64,000 nt of DNA from a virus. Shown piece after piece: positions 38,807-45,730 of this stretch. The stretch lies in the IMG/VR virus record IMGVR_UViG_3300043424_000354, positions 1 to 64,000 of that record; one strand, 5' to 3'. Every line of letters starts with the position of its first letter. The stretch's first letter is position 1. The notes under the pieces are model-generated. The model worked only from the letters and a program-made list of their open reading frames with translations. It was not told where the DNA came from and did no database searches. Both the position numbers and the translations under genes were made by a program.

Positions 38807-39542
38807 GTGGGGTGATAAGTATCCTGCTAAATATGTAAACAACCTATACAAGATGGTGCAGAAACACTACGCCAAACCATTTACATTCACATGTTATACT
38901 GATGATGTGGAAGGAATTGAATGTGATACTGCTCCGATTCCTAATGATGGTATTCTACATCCAAAATATTGGTTTGGTAAAGAAACATTTTGTTTTGATC
39001 GCGCCAAGTTCTTAGTTTTCAATTCACATAACTGGTTAGGATACGAGGGTAACTGGTGTTTCTTTGATCTTGACGTAGTAATCCAAGAAGATATAACTGA
39101 CATAGAGGAACTTGCGCAGAAACCTCGGATTATTCAGTGTCGCTGGCAACCAGAATCGCAGAAACATGATAGATTTTTTATAGAGATACGAGGAACATTT
39201 TATAATTCCAGCATGATGGTTTGGCCTGGTAAATCATGCGAACATATTTACAGAGACGTATTAAGTAATTCAGAATCCGTGTTCAAAACTTTCTTCAAGG
39301 GAAGTGACAACTATCATTACTGGAGGCAGCGAGATTTCTGGAAGGATATTCCAGGTGGTTGGGTTTATTCATGGAATCGCGGTAAGCACCACCCGAAAGA
39401 TGTAGAACGTTTTAAATTTCGCTCAGACGCTAAGATCTGTTTATTTAATACGGACAATGTTCCGCATCCATCTGCCAGAGAACAGGAAGAACTGTCTGAC
39501 TGCTTAGACGAAAACATTATTAGATTGTGGAATTGCGAATGA
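38784..39542 (+). CDS. GT-A fold glycosyltransferase-like protein, paralog 2
   Basis: CIKWGDKY, CYTDD, FFDLDV, YNSSMM, GSDNY. Confidence 0.8.
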   Translation: MMNFVCIKWGDKYPAKYVNNLYKMVQKHYAKPFTFTCYTDDVEGIECDTAPIPNDGILHPKYWFGKETFCFDRAKFLVFNSHNWLGYEGNWCFFDLDVVIQEDITDIEELAQKPRIIQCRWQPESQKHDRFFIEIRGTFYNSSMMVWPGKSCEHIYRDVLSNSESVFKTFFKGSDNYHYWRQRDFWKDIPGGWVYSWNRGKHHPKDVERFKFRSDAKICLFNTDNVPHPSAREQEELSDCLDENIIRLWNCE

Positions 39543-40357
39543 GAGTTAATTACGTTTGTTGTAAATGGGGAACCAAATATTCAGCAGAGTTTGTCAATCG
39601 TCTCTACCGAATGGCAAAGAAGCACACACCAGATAGATTTGAGTTTCATTTCTATTGCTATACAGACAACAGTGAAGGTTTTGATCATGAAATTAAAGTC
39701 ATCGACTTCCCAGATATCCCAGACATCCACCCAAAATATTGGTTCGGAACAGAAGATTTCAAATATGGTATGGCACGTTGCTGGGATCGACCCAAGACAT
39801 TTATCTTTAACACCCACAACTTCGCCGAAGATAAACCAACTGGAAGATTTGTATTCTTCGATCTGGATGTGATTATCCAGAACGACTTGTCACCAATCAT
39901 CACATACGATTTTGAGAATCCTACTAAGTTACGTTCTTGGTGGCAGGATCCGCGACCAATGAAGACTCGTAACTTCAAGTTATCACATGGAGCATATACG
40001 AATGGTAGTTGCATGGTGTGGTCAGATGATCAGACAGAATGCATTTGGCAGGATGTTCTAGAACATCAAGAGCGTATTTGGTTTACATTCACCGATGGAA
40101 CTGACAACTATCACAGTTGGCGATGGGGTGATTTTAGTAATACGCCTCTTTGGAAGCATTTTCCAAACACCTTTGCCTACTCGTATAACAGAGGCAGAGA
40201 CTGGAAGTCTAGTGACTTAGAAGTAGGAATATATAGAAAGAACTGTATCCTCTGCGTTTTTAATGTGGACTTACTTCCATTTCAGGATAACAGTAGAGGT
40301 AAAGTGAAGCAAGAGTCGCTAGTCGACCCTGATCTTTTAGAACATTGGAATGTATGA
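39527..40357 (+). CDS. GT-A fold glycosyltransferase-like protein, paralog 3
   Basis: CCKWGTKY, CYTD, FFDLDV, NGSCM, GTDNY. Confidence 0.8.
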   Translation: MELRMRVNYVCCKWGTKYSAEFVNRLYRMAKKHTPDRFEFHFYCYTDNSEGFDHEIKVIDFPDIPDIHPKYWFGTEDFKYGMARCWDRPKTFIFNTHNFAEDKPTGRFVFFDLDVIIQNDLSPIITYDFENPTKLRSWWQDPRPMKTRNFKLSHGAYTNGSCMVWSDDQTECIWQDVLEHQERIWFTFTDGTDNYHSWRWGDFSNTPLWKHFPNTFAYSYNRGRDWKSSDLEVGIYRKNCILCVFNVDLLPFQDNSRGKVKQESLVDPDLLEHWNV

Positions 40358-41040
40358 TGATTAATATTTACACAGTGAAGTGGGGATTTAAGTATGGACC
40401 AGAGCACGTTAATCATATCTTTGAACAGTGCCGACAACATATTACGAGGGAATTTAAATTCTATTGCATTACAGAACATGCGGTAGACTTAAATCCAGAG
40501 ATTACTGTTATTCCGATTCCCGAGAATAATTACTACGAAAAATGGTGGAACAAACTGCATTTGTTTGATCGCAGAGTGATTAGGCAACAGGGAGAGAAAC
40601 TATTCTTAGATCTAGATATCGGCATTCAAAAAAATATTGATTGTATTGTTGATTATGATCCAGAAAATACATTAACGTTTGTTCGTACGCATTGGCACAA
40701 TATGATACAAATGAAAGAAGATACTAAAGAGATCCCACACAAATACACGGATTTAAATTCGAGCGTATTACGTTGGAACGATAGATTAGATACCAATAAA
40801 ATAACTAAATTCGTTCGAGATTATCCTGATCAAATGTTCTACTACTATAGAGGTCTTGATAATCTTTTCGGACATCAGAGAGATCGCCTACTCAATATTA
40901 AATTTTTCCCAGATGGTTGGGTATACAGTTACAACTACGGATATATGTGGCCGTCTGATGTGAGAGAGCGAGTCCATCGAGACGAACCACTTATTTGCTT
41001 ATATGATTCAATGGAAAGACCACAAGATGTTAAACTATAA
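40345..41040 (+). CDS. GT-A fold glycosyltransferase-like protein, paralog 4
   Basis: TVKWGFKY, WWNKL, FLDLDI, NSSVL, GLDNL. Confidence 0.8.
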   Translation: MECMMINIYTVKWGFKYGPEHVNHIFEQCRQHITREFKFYCITEHAVDLNPEITVIPIPENNYYEKWWNKLHLFDRRVIRQQGEKLFLDLDIGIQKNIDCIVDYDPENTLTFVRTHWHNMIQMKEDTKEIPHKYTDLNSSVLRWNDRLDTNKITKFVRDYPDQMFYYYRGLDNLFGHQRDRLLNIKFFPDGWVYSYNYGYMWPSDVRERVHRDEPLICLYDSMERPQDVKL

Positions 41041-41689
41041 TTACTTGAACAATTATCGAAATTGGGGTGATGGTCTGGAAAAGATCGCACACGAGATGCC
41101 GTGGAAGCACGAAGACTTTCGTAAGTCTCTAAATCCGAATACAATGGATGCTGCTATTTGGTTAGTAGAAGAACTACAGAAACACATAGATGTATCTAAG
41201 AAGTTGGATATCACAATTCTAAATTCTTGGTTAGGGTTTCCCCTTGTTCCGCTTCTATGTGAAAATCTAAACGTTAAAAAAATCAACTTGATTGACATCG
41301 ACAAAGATGCATTAGAACTGTCAAAGGTTTTTAACCGATATTATAATAATGAGCAGGGTGTTGAATTAAACCACATCAACTGGGATATCCCTTTCGCATA
41401 TCACGATATTAATGCGTTGGAAACTGATGTGGTAATTTCCCTTTGTTGCGAAACAATGTATCCTCTGAAGAAAATGACAACTGCGAATCCAGATTGCATC
41501 TTTGCCTGCCAGTCATCAAATGTATTCAAAGAAATGTATGGTATCAATTGTGTTCCGACAATTGAAGACCATATTGAGAATGTTGGTGTTGCCGCTGTTG
41601 GATATCATGGATCCATTCAGCAATCCTACTGGTCGTGGGATGGTAAGGTTGAGTTTGATCGCTTTATGGTAATCGGTAAGAAAACTTAA
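41003..41689 (+). CDS. Class I SAM-methyltransferase-fold protein (degenerate motif I; start probably 41027)
   Basis: ILNSWLG, LIDIDK, DVVISLCCE, RFMVIG. Confidence 0.6.
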   Translation: MIQWKDHKMLNYNYLNNYRNWGDGLEKIAHEMPWKHEDFRKSLNPNTMDAAIWLVEELQKHIDVSKKLDITILNSWLGFPLVPLLCENLNVKKINLIDIDKDALELSKVFNRYYNNEQGVELNHINWDIPFAYHDINALETDVVISLCCETMYPLKKMTTANPDCIFACQSSNVFKEMYGINCVPTIEDHIENVGVAAVGYHGSIQQSYWSWDGKVEFDRFMVIGKKT

Positions 41690-42363
41690 CCGAAGTGCGA
41701 GGCATCCTCGCCTGTAATATCTTCGATCATTGACCGCCAGATTTCAAGGTGCGGAACTACGTAACCAAGAGTCAGACGCTTTGCTGTATTTCCGCAACAG
41801 TGATAAACAATCTTGTCTTGTTCCTGCTTGTTACCGAAATACCCAACCTTACACGACCAACCTTTCGGATCGATCATCGTAACAACTTCCTTTGTTACTG
41901 GATCTAGGTATCTGAAAAATCCACCATTTTCTTCTGAGTTATATGTGATCAGAATATTATAACCAGCAGCATTCCAATTAGTATGCCACCCCATAAATCC
42001 ATCTTCGGGATAATATGTGAAGACTGCGTTATTTCTGGCGCCCAGATAACTGATCAATTCTCTATTAGTTTCTTGCTGTCTTCTACCATACTCTGATGGG
42101 AACCACGGTTGCCCATGCGCTTGCGACATATCTGTGCAAAAAGCAACCTCAGGGAATCCCACATGTCGTTCGCCTTTGTTTCTGATATGATTCATATACT
42201 GTTCGTCGGTTGCTGTGATGTGGGTTAATCCCCCTGCACGATCGCTTTGCATTTTTTCTGGTCCGAGAACAAGATGCTGATCGTTTTGTTCAAAAAACCA
42301 TTCAGTAAATGGATCCAGAATATCTTGTAATTCTTGTGAGACAGAACTTGTAAATTTCAGCAT
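41686..42363 (-). CDS. Cupin / 2OG-Fe(II) oxygenase-like protein
   Basis: YYPEDGFMGWHTN...GGFFRY...VYHC...R pattern of a double-stranded beta-helix. Confidence 0.55.
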   Translation of the reverse strand: MLKFTSSVSQELQDILDPFTEWFFEQNDQHLVLGPEKMQSDRAGGLTHITATDEQYMNHIRNKGERHVGFPEVAFCTDMSQAHGQPWFPSEYGRRQQETNRELISYLGARNNAVFTYYPEDGFMGWHTNWNAAGYNILITYNSEENGGFFRYLDPVTKEVVTMIDPKGWSCKVGYFGNKQEQDKIVYHCCGNTAKRLTLGYVVPHLEIWRSMIEDITGEDASHFG

Positions 42364-42939
42364 TCAATAATTCCTAAAATGATCAATAGTTATTTTGTTC
42401 CACACCAACTTGGCACTACATAAATCTTTACCAATGCGCAACATAGTTTCAGCAGTAGGATTAAATCCTCTCTTACTATACTTCACTAATCGTTGGTATG
42501 CCATAAATGGGTGAATATTGTTTTTTCTAAGTCGTAGAGTCTTACTATGTATATCATCCCAAAACTCCTCGGCATAATATATGTTCTTACCGTCAAATGA
42601 AATACAGCAAACAGTAAAGTCATAGTTATGTAATGTGCGAATTGGGTCTACGTATGGATAATCTGTTACTTGTATCTTTTTCCCAAACAAATTAAAGTCG
42701 TAAGAAAACTCGTTTTTATTTGTCTCGGGAGATATTAGTCTAAGATCTTGAATAAACTGTGTTGGATTATCGCTATAGAAATCATAATCGCTTATCGCAG
42801 TATTAGTAAGATGCGAAGTGATTGCGCCTCCTGCCAACCAATAGTTGTAGGATACCTTTCCTATTTTTTGTTTTAAGTTTTCAAATAAATCAAAAAATGG
42901 TTTGAATTTTTCTTGGTCTGCTGGTTTTACGATCATCAA
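42364..42939 (-). CDS. Nucleotidyltransferase (CCA / poly(A) polymerase head-like)
   Basis: LAGGAI, DYD, YDFTV, RLVKY..RGF. Confidence 0.7.
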   Translation of the reverse strand: MMIVKPADQEKFKPFFDLFENLKQKIGKVSYNYWLAGGAITSHLTNTAISDYDFYSDNPTQFIQDLRLISPETNKNEFSYDFNLFGKKIQVTDYPYVDPIRTLHNYDFTVCCISFDGKNIYYAEEFWDDIHSKTLRLRKNNIHPFMAYQRLVKYSKRGFNPTAETMLRIGKDLCSAKLVWNKITIDHFRNY

Positions 42940-43631
42940 TCTAGTAGATTATGTGGGATAGTATAATGATAAATCACAATAGGTTGCCCCTGTAATTCTT
43001 CTTCTCTATACCCCACAACAAAGTTCCATCTTGCATCAGGATCTGGGAATCTACCTGTCTTTACGCCGAAATCATAAAGATTTAGGAGACGCCACATTGT
43101 GAATGTATCCCATTCAATTGCTGCAGCAGGATAGTGTTTTCGATCCCAATCAGGTTTGTTCTGCTCCCAATACTCACCATACCATGCACGCATGAGGTTT
43201 AGAGTCTGGGGATTGTTGCGGTAAATAAAGATACCACAGTGTTCAGTCATCTCTTCAGTTTCAGACAACTTAGTCAGTGCTGCATTATACGGACGATTGG
43301 CGGTGAAGAGAACATCTACATCATCTGGGATCTGATCAAAAATCTTTTGAATATCCTCGTGTTCGACTTCGGTGTCGCAGTCCATATAGACAGTCAGGTC
43401 ATACGGAGTTTGATCAAGCGCCCATAGTTTGGCACGCTTATCGCGAGGAACATTTTCAGTTACTACGTTGTCGAAAATCTCATAGTCGTCTGGTTGCACC
43501 CATTCTTCGTGTGTGAAGAATGTGATTTTTGCATCAGGAAAAAAATCTTTTAGGGAAATCGCCGAGTTTCTTGCTGCCCTATAGTATCCTTTACGCCTAG
43601 TGGCAACATACAGGAATCCATTATTCGGCAC
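42936..43631 (-). CDS. GT8-like glycosyltransferase
   Basis: GFLYVAT, SAISLK, TPYDLTVYMDCD (DxD), WN, IYHY. Confidence 0.75.
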   Translation of the reverse strand: MPNNGFLYVATRRKGYYRAARNSAISLKDFFPDAKITFFTHEEWVQPDDYEIFDNVVTENVPRDKRAKLWALDQTPYDLTVYMDCDTEVEHEDIQKIFDQIPDDVDVLFTANRPYNAALTKLSETEEMTEHCGIFIYRNNPQTLNLMRAWYGEYWEQNKPDWDRKHYPAAAIEWDTFTMWRLLNLYDFGVKTGRFPDPDARWNFVVGYREEELQGQPIVIYHYTIPHNLLD

Positions 43632-44076
43632 TAACTGCTTCCTTGACGATTGCAGTATTCGCTTCTTCTTGCTGTAGAAGCATAACTGTATATGCAGTGA
43701 CTTCCATGATGTTCTTTGCCTTACGAATCTTTGACTTCAGTTCGCGATTCTTTGATGCTTTGACGCTATCGATTTCAAACGCATCCAGTTTGGCAGCGAA
43801 CAATTGCTCCTGCTGCATCCGTGTACGGTCAACCTTTTGCCGTTCAATATTGTGCTTGATTTGTTCATTGCGATCATCAAGACGTTTCTTCGTATTTGCA
43901 TCGATCTGTTCGATGCTATACTTCTTCAACAATTCCTCGAAGTCGCGATTAGTGCCATCGTTCATAATTGACGCTGTGACTCGTTTCCCAGTATCAGGGT
44001 AAACAAATTCTGCGATGACGTGCTGTTTTTCCTTATTTGCCCAATAAGGGTTTTCAATTGTGCGATTGGTAGTCAT
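43621..44076 (-). CDS. Hypothetical protein (possible fibre assembly chaperone)
   Basis: Lies directly downstream of the repeat proteins; NPYW N-terminus and helical C-terminus. The chaperone role is inference. Confidence 0.5.
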   Translation of the reverse strand: MTTNRTIENPYWANKEKQHVIAEFVYPDTGKRVTASIMNDGTNRDFEELLKKYSIEQIDANTKKRLDDRNEQIKHNIERQKVDRTRMQQEQLFAAKLDAFEIDSVKASKNRELKSKIRKAKNIMEVTAYTVMLLQQEEANTAIVKEAVSAE

Positions 44077-44109
44077 TCAAATCTCCAAAAAATACATTAA
44101 TTAATATTA

Positions 44110-44138
44110 TGTATACTACTTTTGCAATAGAAAGTCAA
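44110..44138 (-). promoter_or_regulatory. sigma70-type promoter driving the minus-strand enzyme genes
   Basis: TTGACT-N17-TATACA. Confidence 0.6.
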
Positions 44139-44143
44139 GGGTT

Positions 44144-45727
44144 TTATGCAGTGCGAACCCAAAGTTTTACGGTTGACACTGTCTCTTTAGTTTCAATTAC
44201 TGTTGCGCCTGAATATGTTCCGGAATAAGTTCCCGAGTAGTTGCCTACGTAGTTACCGGAGTAGTTTCTGGAACCTGCGAAGTAACCAGTATAAAATCCT
44301 GTAAAGAATCCTTGGTAATTTCCAGTATATGTTGCAGTTCCAACATAATTTCCGGTAAAGTTATTTGCATATGTTCCGGAATAAGTTCCCGCATAGTTGG
44401 CGGCATAGTTTCTAGAACCAGAGAAGTATCCAGTATATGTTCCTGAATATGTTCCTGCATAGTTAGCAGCATAGTTTCTAGATCCAGCAAAGTATCCAGT
44501 AAAATTACCCAGATAGGTTCCGCTGAACGTACCCGAGAAATAACTTATATAATTTCCCGCAAAAGCAGTACCAGCATAACCACCATAGAAAACAGAATAA
44601 TACCCAACATACCCAGTTGCATATCCTGCGCCAATGTAGTTACCGCTGAAATTGCTAGAATAAGTTCCTGCATAGTTACCAGCATAGTTCCTAGAACCTG
44701 CGTAATACCCTACGTAGTTGCCAGAGAAATTGCCAGCATAGTTGCCTGCGTAATTTCTAGAACCCGCGTATGATCCAGTATAATTTCCTGTGAAATTGCC
44801 TGTATACGTTCCTGAATAGTTTGCCGGACCTACATAACCGCCACTGAAGTTGTTGGCATAATTACCAGAATATGCGCCAGCATAATTACCAGAGTAATTT
44901 CTAGAACCAGCATAGGTTCCTGCGTAGTTACCTGCGTAGTTACCTGCGTAGTTTTGCGGAGTTACTTGTTCACGAGTATCTGCAAACTCATCACCCATTT
45001 GCACCCAAGTGCCGCCAGATGGAGCAGTGGATTGAATCTTATATGTCCCAACGCCGCTATCGATAATTCTATTGCGGAAGTTTGGTAGCATCTGAAGAAT
45101 CTCAGAAGATGACATTTCTTTGACATCTTTCGTATTGATCAGTTTCAGTGGTTTTAGATTGGCATCCGAAAGAGAAGTAGCAGCAGTTTTCTGCCAAAGA
45201 TATGTTGTGGTATTCCCACCATTAGCAACATCGGTTAGCGTGTAACGAGCAACCCACGTCCCGCCTGACGGAGCAGAACCTTGTAGGCGATATTGACCCG
45301 CAGTATACGAAGTCTCCGAAACCATCGCATTAATTGCATAGTCCAGAATTTCGGTATCGATTTGACCATCAGTCATTTCGCGGATACCCGAATCATATTT
45401 CAGCGGACGATTTGTAATACTTTCTGATGCTGCAGCAGAGACCTGCTTTGCGTAGTATGTAACTGTGTCTAATGCACCAGTAGCAGGGTGAGTGCCTGTT
45501 GCTTCTTGGCGATCAGTGTCAGCAAAAGTTCCGATTGCAGTTCCTGCGCCACTATTGTTTGTGGTGATATTTAGTTCGCCAGTGCCAGTACCGTCGGAGT
45601 TAGCACCGAAAGAAACTGTCAATGTTTGGGCGATGTAGTTCTTGACTTCATCAGTAGTCATCTCCTGCAAACCTTGCCAGTTTGCAGAAGAAACAGGTGT
45701 TGCCGAGGATTTGTTTCTCAATACCAT
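44144..45727 (-). CDS. Tyr/Gly tetrapeptide-repeat virion protein, paralog A
   Basis: N-terminal globular region, then about 250 aa of [NT][YF]xG repeats, ending TVSTVKLWVRTA. Confidence 0.75.
   Translation of the reverse strand: MVLRNKSSATPVSSANWQGLQEMTTDEVKNYIAQTLTVSFGANSDGTGTGELNITTNNSGAGTAIGTFADTDRQEATGTHPATGALDTVTYYAKQVSAAASESITNRPLKYDSGIREMTDGQIDTEILDYAINAMVSETSYTAGQYRLQGSAPSGGTWVARYTLTDVANGGNTTTYLWQKTAATSLSDANLKPLKLINTKDVKEMSSSEILQMLPNFRNRIIDSGVGTYKIQSTAPSGGTWVQMGDEFADTREQVTPQNYAGNYAGNYAGTYAGSRNYSGNYAGAYSGNYANNFSGGYVGPANYSGTYTGNFTGNYTGSYAGSRNYAGNYAGNFSGNYVGYYAGSRNYAGNYAGTYSSNFSGNYIGAGYATGYVGYYSVFYGGYAGTAFAGNYISYFSGTFSGTYLGNFTGYFAGSRNYAANYAGTYSGTYTGYFSGSRNYAANYAGTYSGTYANNFTGNYVGTATYTGNYQGFFTGFYTGYFAGSRNYSGNYVGNYSGTYSGTYSGATVIETKETVSTVKLWVRTA
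44205..44953 (-). repeat. 12-bp period coding repeat array (NYxG)
   Basis: For example tandem GTTACCTGCGTA copies near 44926-44953. Confidence 0.9.
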
Positions 45728-45730
45728 AGT

